Part shown: in pieces, positions 1 to 8,631 of the stretch
How positions within the stretch are numbered: the stretch's first letter is position 1
Layout of the letters: every line of letters begins with the position of its first letter
Assembly (NCBI GenBank): GCA_027492035.1
Contig: JAOZFT010000020.1
Span: 75,071 to 139,070, forward strand
Source: Thermoproteota archaeon
GTDB taxonomy: Archaea > Korarchaeota > JAOZGF01 > JAOZFZ01
DNA length: 64,000 nucleotides
Direction of reading: 5' to 3'
Translations under genes and position numbers: made by a program
The notes under the pieces: generated by a model
What the model was told of the DNA's origin: nothing
Database searches by the model: none
The model's input: only the letters and a program-made list of their open reading frames with translations

Positions 1-1
1 G

Positions 2-1315
2 AAGAAATTATTAGAGTTTGTAATAGAGGAAACTAAAAAAATTGATTCAAAGGTTAAAGTTATAGCTGGTACAGGAGGAAGCAGTACAAAAGAAGCTTTA
101 GAAATGACTAAATTCGCCGAAAAAAGGGGGGCTGACGCTGTATTGGTTTGCTCCCCCTACTATTTCAAAGTTTCAAATAGGAACCTGTATAACCACTACT
201 ACTGCATAGCCCAAGAAACAAGTATCCCAATCATAATTTATAACATTCCTCAACTTACAGGTAACAGCATAGACTGGAGAATAATTGAAGACTTAGCTCA
301 ACTAGACAATATTGTGGGTTTAAAGGACAGCAGTGGGAACATGTCTTACTTAATGACTTGTTTAGAAAAGGCAGGTGACAAAATAAATATTGTATGTGGC
401 TGGGATGAAATAGTTTTCCCAGCCTTAGCTGCAGGCGCAAGTGGAATGATACTTGCAAGTGCAAACATTCTGCCAGATATTTGGGTTGAAATCTATAACA
501 AAATGAAACAAAGCAAGTTAGAGGAAGCTAGAAAGCTTCAATTCAAAATACAAAAAATTCTGAGGTTAATTGTTAAAAGCGGTGCAGTTGGGGTTAAATC
601 TGCTTTAAAAATGATGGGTTTAAATGTTGGAAAAAGCCGCAACCCCTTAGCACTCGGTGGAGAACTGAGTTATGAAGACAAGGAAGAATTAAGGATTGAA
701 CTGGAGAAACTTGGAAAAATTGAAAAAGAAAAAGTTGAAATGGAAATTAAGCCAGGGGCTCCATTGGAAAAAAGGTTTGGTGCAATTGGTATTACTCCGA
801 AAAAAATTAAAGATTTCAGTTTAAAAATAGGTGAAGCCTTATCAGGTTCAGAACCTGAAGTAGCTCACATAGAGGTTTTAATAGGTGAAAAAAATGGTCC
901 AGTAGGAGAAGCATTCGCTAAGGCGAAAGCAGCCCCCTCCCCTGGACATGAGCCACTGATAGCTATTCTTGAGCCTAATTTGCCGGTTAAGCCAGCAACC
1001 TTAATAATACCCACCGTTAAAATTAAGAATTTAAGGTCTGCATCTCTTATTTACGGTGCAGCCCAGGCAGCTGTTGCTAAAGCTGTAGCAGACACTGTTA
1101 AAGAAGGTTACATACCTGAAGAAGAAGCAGATAATTTACTAATTCTGGCAAGTGTTTTCATTCATCCAGCAGCCGTTAACAGGCAGAGAATATACATTAA
1201 TAACTACAAAGCAATGAGACATGCGTTGAGACGCGCTATAGAAAACAGGCCAAACATAAGCGAAATACTAAATGACAAAGAAAAAGCCAAGCATCCCCTC
1301 AAGTATGAACCCTAA
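2..1315 (+). CDS. DapA/NanA-family class I aldolase fused to C-terminal formaldehyde-activating enzyme (Fae) domain; 5'-truncated by the window edge
   Basis: Frame is open from nt 2 (KVIAGTGGSSTKEALEM). Aldolase motifs PYY, IIIYNIP, VGLKDSSG. From about nt 820 Fae motifs GEAL..EVAHIEVLIG, GPVGEAFA, GHEPL, PNLPVKP, GAAQAAVAKAV, VFIHP, NY.A. Confidence 0.9.
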   Translation, partial: KKLLEFVIEETKKIDSKVKVIAGTGGSSTKEALEMTKFAEKRGADAVLVCSPYYFKVSNRNLYNHYYCIAQETSIPIIIYNIPQLTGNSIDWRIIEDLAQLDNIVGLKDSSGNMSYLMTCLEKAGDKINIVCGWDEIVFPALAAGASGMILASANILPDIWVEIYNKMKQSKLEEARKLQFKIQKILRLIVKSGAVGVKSALKMMGLNVGKSRNPLALGGELSYEDKEELRIELEKLGKIEKEKVEMEIKPGAPLEKRFGAIGITPKKIKDFSLKIGEALSGSEPEVAHIEVLIGEKNGPVGEAFAKAKAAPSPGHEPLIAILEPNLPVKPATLIIPTVKIKNLRSASLIYGAAQAAVAKAVADTVKEGYIPEEEADNLLILASVFIHPAAVNRQRIYINNYKAMRHALRRAIENRPNISEILNDKEKAKHPLKYEP

Positions 1316-1689
1316 AACCTTCTTTCTTTTTTTATTCCTGGTTTCTGTGTTGAAAAGTTTTAACTCACTTACTAAACTGTTCAGCGTCATCCTTAACATT
1401 CTAAAACAGAGTAAATACTTCGTGATTTATCGAAGAAATCAAAAAACTGTTTTGGTGAGGAAGTGAAGCTTTAAAACTATGATTTTGCGCCTTTTTTGGC
1501 AGTTAAGCCTTTGCTTGAAATTCTGGTTCTTCGCCCTCACTTGTTTTCTTATAAAGATACAAACTTCATCTCCACTTTTCATGTCAACAGAAAGGTGCGC
1601 AAGCTTGTCTTTATACTGTTACTAAATAAGGCCCCTGTATTTGTCAATTATACTTGTGTAGGTTTTGCCTATTCTGTTCTTTAATTGAA

Positions 1690-3228
1690 TTAACTTCTTT
1701 TGTTTTGGGCGAGGTGCTTTATTGTTTCATAAGTTTGGAATTCTGGCGCGAGTGAGTCGTAAATTTTAAATTTATCGAACGAAAGAATTTTTGCATCTAC
1801 ACCCATTGTGCCTCCGTGGATAGGGTAAACAAATGTAACTTCCTTACGTGTAAAGAAATTGTCAGCTAACGTTAAAAACATCCTTTGCTCCTCCTTACTT
1901 AAGTTTTGGCTAAATACTCCCAAGGGAGTTTTTGTTGTTGCAGCCCAATCTATAAACGCAAACACCGGAACGTTGCCTAACTTTTGTTTAACAATATCTA
2001 ATCTTTTGCTCCATTTCTCTTCATCAAGCTCCATTTTCTTTACTTCCTTAACTGAAGGGCTTAATGTGACAAAGTCAAGGTTTGGGGGAGAGTAAGGGTA
2101 CATTGCTGCACTTAACCAACTGCCAACATAAACATACTTACCTTTTAATTTTCCATAATCGTGGATTTCGTCCACAATTTTACAAGCTGCTTCGTAACTT
2201 TCCTTTACTGCAGAGTGGTTAATGTTTTTTGTGATCTTAAGAAGCAGATTTGCCTGAGCAAAAAGCATGTCAACCCATATAGCATCTGCACCTGCATCAA
2301 TTTGTTTCTCTGCCCAGCTTATGAGAAGCCTTTGAAACCTTGGGTTTGTTATGTCTGGAAAATACGCTGCAGCCTCTTCCGGGCTGTAAAGGCTGCAATC
2401 TAAATCTTTAGAAACCCATAATTGTTTTTTGCCGAATTCACATTGAAATTCCTCCTTTGATACATTAACTCCCCATTTTTGAGGGTCTAGAGCAAGATCC
2501 CATGTTTGGGGATACCCTATAATTTCTCCTGTTTCCGGGTTCCAAACAGCCCCTCTATGGATTATTTGCGCTGGAACTGCTCCGCAAATAATCACGTCAG
2601 GCATCTCCGCCTTTATTTCAGAAATTGTTTTTTCAAGTTTTTCGTAGCTGTAACCGCTGAATTCACATCTCCATCTTGCTTTCTGTGAAGAAAGTTCATT
2701 ACATTTATTTGGGCAGGGGTTCCACCTCCAAAAAGCCCTGAAAATAAAGTCCGTCCTTGTCTCTTTGAACAAGCTTATCATTTCCTCTGTGCTTCTGTCT
2801 ACAACTGCACCGTCAGTTATTCTCTCATACAGAGAAGCAACCCTAACTCTTCTTAATTTCTCCTTCGCTTTAACTTCTAATTCTTTGTAGCTTTGGTTTT
2901 GTTGAGTTTGAGGTAGTTTTTCAATTTTCAAAATCTCAACAGGTACCCACATTTGAATAGTGACTACGTCTTTCCTCACTTTTGCTTTGAAATTTATTCT
3001 TAAACCGTCTTCTCTAAATTCATCTGGTAAATTTAAGGGGTAATATTTTTCACCCTTATCTGTTACAACTCCGTAGAATCCTCCCTCTAAAGGAACATAT
3101 TTTACTGTACCAGTTAATTCAATGATTCCTTGCCCTCCCTGAAACGTGCAGCCCAGCAACAGTATCGTCAATAGAAAACCTATGGTAGCCAAAGCTCTGT
3201 TTTTTATTCCCCTCTCCTCCAAATTCAT
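1690..3228 (-). CDS. Secreted or lipoprotein-like protein: small N-terminal beta domain plus a putative glycoside-hydrolase-like barrel
   Basis: Hydrophobic N-terminus ending LLLGC; motifs LEGGFYG, FIFRAFWRW, QIDAGADAIWVD; 512 aa. Confidence 0.55.
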   Translation of the reverse strand: MNLEERGIKNRALATIGFLLTILLLGCTFQGGQGIIELTGTVKYVPLEGGFYGVVTDKGEKYYPLNLPDEFREDGLRINFKAKVRKDVVTIQMWVPVEILKIEKLPQTQQNQSYKELEVKAKEKLRRVRVASLYERITDGAVVDRSTEEMISLFKETRTDFIFRAFWRWNPCPNKCNELSSQKARWRCEFSGYSYEKLEKTISEIKAEMPDVIICGAVPAQIIHRGAVWNPETGEIIGYPQTWDLALDPQKWGVNVSKEEFQCEFGKKQLWVSKDLDCSLYSPEEAAAYFPDITNPRFQRLLISWAEKQIDAGADAIWVDMLFAQANLLLKITKNINHSAVKESYEAACKIVDEIHDYGKLKGKYVYVGSWLSAAMYPYSPPNLDFVTLSPSVKEVKKMELDEEKWSKRLDIVKQKLGNVPVFAFIDWAATTKTPLGVFSQNLSKEEQRMFLTLADNFFTRKEVTFVYPIHGGTMGVDAKILSFDKFKIYDSLAPEFQTYETIKHLAQNKRS

Positions 3229-3264
3229 TTAATGTTCTAGTGCTACGCCTTTAATCTCCCTCTT

Positions 3265-3280
3265 AAACCGCTAGCGGTTT
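3265..3280. promoter_or_regulatory. Perfect 16-bp palindrome AAACCGCTAGCGGTTT, candidate operator
   Basis: Self-complementary; lies 37-52 bp upstream of the start at 3228, abutting a TATA-like TTTAAAA on the minus strand. Confidence 0.4.
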
Positions 3281-3448
3281 TAAAGTTTTATGGATGAATC
3301 ATTCATTTAAGAAGAATCTTCTCAGAAAATAAACTTTCTCTCTTGAGGAAAATTTCCAAGCTTTGACGCGGGAAAAGGACTACAAAATTAGTAAAGCCTA
3401 AAAATTAGCTAGTTCTGGATTAACGACCTCAACTTGAAACCTTGTTTT

Positions 3449-4708
3449 TTAGTCTGTATTCACTCCCGTAGCATTTTTTAAGTTTTCTTTCAACTTAAAG
3501 GGGACCATACCCTTTCCCACTATTTCTTCCCTTAGTTTAAGCATCATTTCAGGCACATCTATTTCCATTGGGCAATGTTTCTTGCATCTTCCACATAATG
3601 TACATGTATACGCTATTGGAGCTGCTTTTTCCAGTCCTCCCAGTAAGAATCTGGTAAGAATAGCCCCTATGCCTCCCATGTAAACGTGGCCAAAATACCC
3701 TGAAACTAATGAATAAACTGGGCATTCATACAGGCATCCTCCACATCTGAGGCAGTAAAGTGCCTGTCTGTAGACGGGGTCTTTAGCCATTTCCTTTCTT
3801 CCATTATCGAGAAGCACTAGATGAAATTCTTTTGGCCCATGTGCACCGTAAACAATTTTTTTCTCTATGTCTCCTGTTTTGCTTGGGCCTGAGACAATGC
3901 TAACATAAGTTGGTGCTTTATAGTTTGCGTATCTTGTCACTACTTCAACAAGTAACATGGCGTCTGAAAGAGTTGGAATGACCTTCTCTATTCCTGCAAC
4001 CACGATGTGTTTTTCAGGTAAACCTGAGACAAGCCTTGCATTCCCTTCGTTTTCGATTATGAAGACAGACCCTGTTTCAGCTACAACTGCGTTAGCTCCT
4101 GTTAATCCCACATCTGCCTCTACAAATTTTTGTCTAAGGTAATTCCTTACTTCCTTAACAAGTATAGGGATTTCTGCCGGTAACTTTTTTCCTGTGATTT
4201 TTGAAAGCAGTTTTGCCACTTTCTCCCTTGGAATGTGGATGGCTGGTGAAAGTAAGTGCATAGGTTTACTTTTCAGCTGTTGAATTATGAACTCACCAAG
4301 ATCTGTTTCAAAAACTTTGCAACCTATTCTCTCTAGTTCACTGTTAATGTTTAGTTCCTCCATGGTTAAGCTTTTAGACTTAACAACAGTTTCAGCCCCT
4401 TTAACTACGCTTTTAACATATTCTAAAGCCTTATAAGCATTTTCAGCCATGTAAAAGTTTCCCTTAAGATCTTCAACAACGTCTCTCGTTTGCTTAATTA
4501 ATTCCTCAATTCTTAGAAGCGAATTCTTTTTTATTTTTCTGAGTTTAGAGGCTTTCCTTTCTACGTAAGGGTAAAGTTTGAAGGCTTCGTCTCTGTTTCT
4601 TCTATATGACTCAATAGCTCTTTCAAGAGCTGTTCTAAGTGAACTGTTGCGGGCGGCAGAGCCAAGCTTTCTTAAGTAGGAATTATAAATTTCATCGTTA
4701 ACAGACAA
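3449..4708 (-). CDS. lutB: Lactate utilization protein B (LUD domain plus 4Fe-4S)
   Basis: KSKS, ETDLGEFIIQ, ENEGN, GPSKTGDIE, GAHGP, CLRCGGCLYECPVY, CTLCGRCKKHCP. Confidence 0.85.
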   Translation of the reverse strand: MSVNDEIYNSYLRKLGSAARNSSLRTALERAIESYRRNRDEAFKLYPYVERKASKLRKIKKNSLLRIEELIKQTRDVVEDLKGNFYMAENAYKALEYVKSVVKGAETVVKSKSLTMEELNINSELERIGCKVFETDLGEFIIQQLKSKPMHLLSPAIHIPREKVAKLLSKITGKKLPAEIPILVKEVRNYLRQKFVEADVGLTGANAVVAETGSVFIIENEGNARLVSGLPEKHIVVAGIEKVIPTLSDAMLLVEVVTRYANYKAPTYVSIVSGPSKTGDIEKKIVYGAHGPKEFHLVLLDNGRKEMAKDPVYRQALYCLRCGGCLYECPVYSLVSGYFGHVYMGGIGAILTRFLLGGLEKAAPIAYTCTLCGRCKKHCPMEIDVPEMMLKLREEIVGKGMVPFKLKENLKNATGVNTD

Positions 4709-4735
4709 AAATGGGCACCTCTTAATTAGAAAAAA

Positions 4736-5470
4736 TTAGGTGAGGAACCTAATTAAGAGACCGGAAACATTGGTTACTTTCATTTCCCTGTTCAAGAAGA
4801 TGTCGACAGCCCTCCTAATTGTTAAGATACATTGGGGACAAGCAGTAACAATAAGTTTCAGGTCTTTAGGGATTTCATCCTCAATTATAAGTTTCCTTGC
4901 GGCTATTTTAACTGAAAGAGTAGGGAAAAAAGAAGCTAGAAGTCCTCCTCCACCGCAACAAATAGATTTTTCCTTTGTATATTTAGGTTTGTAAAGCTTT
5001 ACATTTGGAATTAAAGAAATTATTTTTCTAGGTTCCTCGTAAACCTCCATGTGTCTACCAAGTTCGCAAGGGTCGTGGTACATTACTTTCTCTTCCTCTA
5101 AGTGTTTAAATTTAGGTTTAATTTTCCCCTTCTTAATCAGCCCCCAAAGAAACTGTGTAACATGAACTACACCAGGTTTAATTTTCAAACCTAACTTTGA
5201 CATGTAGAATTCTTTAAAGGCTCTTTGACAGGCGGGGCAAGGAGTAACAACTAAATTAAACCTATTCAGTGTTTCAATAATTTCTTTAGCGTTTTTCTTT
5301 GCTTTATTTCTGAAGCCACCTATTATTAAAGGGAATCCACAGCATAATTCCTCTTCCAAAGTGGTAACTTCAATATTTAGTTTGTTGAAGAGGGTAAAAA
5401 TGTTATTAAGGTCATTAGGCAAATTTTTTCTATAATTGCAGCCCTGCCATAAAAGAACCTTTTTAACCAA
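4736..5470 (-). CDS. CCG-domain Fe-S protein (LutA/HdrB-like)
   Basis: Two CCG motifs (LCCGFP, ICCGGGG), CPAC, YHDPCELGR; directly upstream of lutB. Confidence 0.8.
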   Translation of the reverse strand: MVKKVLLWQGCNYRKNLPNDLNNIFTLFNKLNIEVTTLEEELCCGFPLIIGGFRNKAKKNAKEIIETLNRFNLVVTPCPACQRAFKEFYMSKLGLKIKPGVVHVTQFLWGLIKKGKIKPKFKHLEEEKVMYHDPCELGRHMEVYEEPRKIISLIPNVKLYKPKYTKEKSICCGGGGLLASFFPTLSVKIAARKLIIEDEIPKDLKLIVTACPQCILTIRRAVDIFLNREMKVTNVSGLLIRFLT

Positions 5471-5745
5471 GTTTTTTCAACCTTAAAGAAAATTATCTAG
5501 ACAACTTTGCTAAATTTTTCTTTCTGTTTAAAAATGTTAACAGTTCTAAAAAAGGAATCCTAAACTTAACACTGGACTCCTTTTAACTTCCTTTAGTTTC
5601 CTATATCTCCTCTACATTACTGTAAAATTGTTGAAAAGAAAGACACAGGTTGAAAAGGAGAAAAAAATAAAAAAATTGTTAGTTGCTGCAGTTTCCTTTG
5701 AAACCTTCGAAACTTCCCAGTACTTGAGAAGAGGGGGGTTCAAAG

Positions 5746-7116
5746 GTGACTGGCACTTTGTCACTGAAGGAAAAAATTCAACGGAAAAAAGCAGTGGTAG
5801 CTGTTTATGGATTAGGCTATGTTGGTTTGCCTCTACTTCTTCAAACAGCAAGTAAAGGGTTTAAAACTGTTGGAGTGGACATAAACAATAAGAAAGTGTT
5901 AAAACTTAAGAAAGGCGAAACTGAAGTTTTAACAAGCCAAGAAAAAAATGTTTTTAAGAAACTAATAGAGGAAGGATTGGTTGAGCTTACGAGTGACGGC
6001 AACTATGCTTCAGACAAAGCTGAAGTGCATATTATTTGCGTCCCTACACCTGTGGACGAAGTAGGAATCCCTGACTTAAAATTTGTTGTTGAAGCAGCTG
6101 AAACCATAAGCAAGGGTTTAAGGGAGGGTGAAATTGTTGTTTCTGAAAGTACAAGCTACCCTGGAACTGTAGACTATGTTATTCGCCCTGTACTTGAAAA
6201 AACAGGTTTAAAAGCAGGTGAAGATTTCTATTTAGCTTTTTCACCGGAAAGGATTTCTCCAGGCGACCCTTACAAGATATCTGAAATCCCCAAAGTTGTC
6301 GGTGGAGTGAACAAGGAAAGCACAGACCTATCCGCCCTCTTCTACCAGCAAATACTGGATGCCCCAGTGATTCCTGTTTCAGACGCTAAAACAGCTGAAA
6401 TGACTAAAATGCTGGAAAACATTTACAGAGTGGTTAACATTGCGTTAATCAATGAGCTTGCAGTGTTTGCAGAGAAACTAGGAATCGACATATGGGAGGT
6501 TATAAGGGCAGCTTCAACAAAACCTTTCGGTTTCCAGTCTTTTCATCCAGGCCCAGGAGTTGGAGGTCACTGCGTACCAGTTGATCCTTTATACTTCTCC
6601 TTCCTTGTAAGGAAGATGGGTAAAATTTCCCATTTCATAGAGTTAGCTACAGAAATAAACAACAAAATGCCTGAGCATGTGGTTGAACTGGTTGAGGCAG
6701 CTTTAAACAGCGTCAAAAAAAGCGTTAAAGGGTCTACCTTATCAATTTACGGTTTAACTTACAAAAAAGATGTCCCAGACCTAAGGAACACTCCTTCAAA
6801 AAAAATAATTAAGTTTTTGTTGGAATTAGGCGCAAAAATAAAGGTTTACGACCCTTACGTAAAAAAAGTAACATTGGGCAATGAAACATTTAAATCAGAA
6901 AAGAATGTTTTTGAATGTGCAAAAGGAAGCGACTGCCTAATTTTCTTAACCGACCACAAAATGTTTAAGTCAATTAACATCGAAGAATTAATTGAAAAAA
7001 TGAAGGAGAAAATAATTGTAGATGGAAGAAACATTTTCGACAGAGAAACATGTGAAAGAAAGGGAATACATTATTTCGCAATCGGGAAACCCATTAAAAA
7101 AAGGGGTAGGGTTTGA
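5746..7116 (+). CDS. Nucleotide-sugar dehydrogenase (UDP-GlcNAc/UDP-ManNAc dehydrogenase family)
   Basis: GLGYVGLP, CVPTP, ESTSYPGT, FSPER, GPGVGGHCVPVDP, GLTYK..DLRNTP. Confidence 0.9.
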   Translation: MTGTLSLKEKIQRKKAVVAVYGLGYVGLPLLLQTASKGFKTVGVDINNKKVLKLKKGETEVLTSQEKNVFKKLIEEGLVELTSDGNYASDKAEVHIICVPTPVDEVGIPDLKFVVEAAETISKGLREGEIVVSESTSYPGTVDYVIRPVLEKTGLKAGEDFYLAFSPERISPGDPYKISEIPKVVGGVNKESTDLSALFYQQILDAPVIPVSDAKTAEMTKMLENIYRVVNIALINELAVFAEKLGIDIWEVIRAASTKPFGFQSFHPGPGVGGHCVPVDPLYFSFLVRKMGKISHFIELATEINNKMPEHVVELVEAALNSVKKSVKGSTLSIYGLTYKKDVPDLRNTPSKKIIKFLLELGAKIKVYDPYVKKVTLGNETFKSEKNVFECAKGSDCLIFLTDHKMFKSINIEELIEKMKEKIIVDGRNIFDRETCERKGIHYFAIGKPIKKRGRV

Positions 7117-7122
7117 TTCTGG

Positions 7123-7536
7123 TTAAACGTGCCATGTTTTAAAAACTCCTTCACCTTTCAGACAAACCCATCCTGTACCGTAGGCTAAAACTTTCGAAAC
7201 AGTGTGCGTAGTTTTTATGTGTACAATCAAGTTTTCACCTGTAACCTGTGCCATCCCTTCACCTTCATAAACCCAGAAGTTCCCTCTCTGAAAAACATTC
7301 CCTGAACCCTTTGTCACAATTTGAGGTTGATGCCCACCATAGTTTTCCACTTCAAGAATTCCTCCTCCCTGAATAAAAACAGTTCCTGAACCCTGTATCA
7401 CTGCTGTACCTATTCCTTTAGCTGCTAAAACTCCTTTCCCGCCAGTAAATAAAGCATTGACAGAACTCGTGGATAGCATCAAGGAAACAAGTAGGGCGAT
7501 AGCTGTTACACTTAAAAAAATTTTTCCTTTATTCAT
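7123..7536 (-). CDS. Secreted glycine-rich hypothetical protein
   Basis: Signal peptide (MNKGKIFLSV...VNA); recurring GxG beta-strand pattern. Confidence 0.6.
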   Translation of the reverse strand: MNKGKIFLSVTAIALLVSLMLSTSSVNALFTGGKGVLAAKGIGTAVIQGSGTVFIQGGGILEVENYGGHQPQIVTKGSGNVFQRGNFWVYEGEGMAQVTGENLIVHIKTTHTVSKVLAYGTGWVCLKGEGVFKTWHV

Positions 7537-7706
7537 TCCTTTACATCCCTCACTAAAAGTTTTATTTTTTATGAAGGAAGCTGGTAAACCTTAAATAAAC
7601 TTTATGAAAGAAGAATATAGATGATTCATTCATTTCTTTACTTTTTCCCTTCCTCAACCATAATTTTATTCTCTTCTTTTAGTTTCTTTGCTGAGGGGGT
7701 TTAAAG

Positions 7707-8303
7707 TTGTTTGAAATATTCGGTTCAGGGAAACCTAAGAGACTATTTGTTGGTGGTTTACATGGAAAAGAGGGTTTAGTGACTCAAAAAGTTTTTTCAG
7801 AGTTGGTTAAGTCAAACTTCACCGTTAAGGAAGGGTGCTTAATTATACGTAACTTTTCATTAAAAACAAGGTATGTAAGCACTTTAGAAAGAGAGTTTTA
7901 CAATACTGAAACAGGGAAGAAGCTTCTTAAATTAATAAGAAGCATTAAACCAGAAATATATGTTGAATTCCATTCTTACCCATCGAAAAGTTACCCAAGT
8001 TTAACAAGTGAGGAAAGGAGGAAAACTAAGGGGGTTCCGCCCTTAATAGATTTAAGCAAAGGCTTATTGTTCGGTTCAGTTTCTCCGCTTATACGCAAAA
8101 CGGAATTTAAGAAAAGAGACTTTTGTGCATTACTGGAAATACCTAAAAAGTTCACTGGTTACAATGAAGTGATAAACCTTTGCAAAATATTCATTAAAGC
8201 TAGAAATAGAGAAGAAATAGTGGAGGAAATGGAGAAAATTTATCCGGAGCAAATGAAACAAGTTCAGAGAAATTACCTTGAATTCTACTCATTAAAAATT
8301 TAA
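7707..8303 (+). CDS. DUF2119-family archaeal protein (M14 zinc-peptidase-like)
   Basis: LFVGGLHGKEG, YVEFHSY, GVPPLIDL, GSVSP; SD-like GAGGGGG upstream. Confidence 0.75.
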   Translation: MFEIFGSGKPKRLFVGGLHGKEGLVTQKVFSELVKSNFTVKEGCLIIRNFSLKTRYVSTLEREFYNTETGKKLLKLIRSIKPEIYVEFHSYPSKSYPSLTSEERRKTKGVPPLIDLSKGLLFGSVSPLIRKTEFKKRDFCALLEIPKKFTGYNEVINLCKIFIKARNREEIVEEMEKIYPEQMKQVQRNYLEFYSLKI

Positions 8304-8631
8304 ATTTTTTATTAAAGCAAGAAAAAGGAATTTCAGGATTTCTGATACAAGGAATCTGTCAAGATGAAACAGTTAAATTTTTTAATTTTAAGAAATAATT
8401 TATATATCGAAAGTGTAATATCAACTTTATTTGGGAATTGATTAAATAAGACAAAAATTAAAAAAGTATTTTTTTTCCTTGGTTGAAACATTTCTTCTTT
8501 AAGACTCTTTTTTTAGCTAAAAAAGCATTCTTCATTTAAAGACTCTTTTATTGACAGAATCCCTCCCAAATCTTTCGGAAACCTGATTTATGAAAACTAT
8601 TTAATTAAGTTCAAGTTTTTCCACATTTTTA

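Noticed and set aside
2-820. Calling the first gene dapA
   Set aside because: It lacks the DHDPS-specific Arg, its N-terminus is outside the window, and it is fused to Fae.
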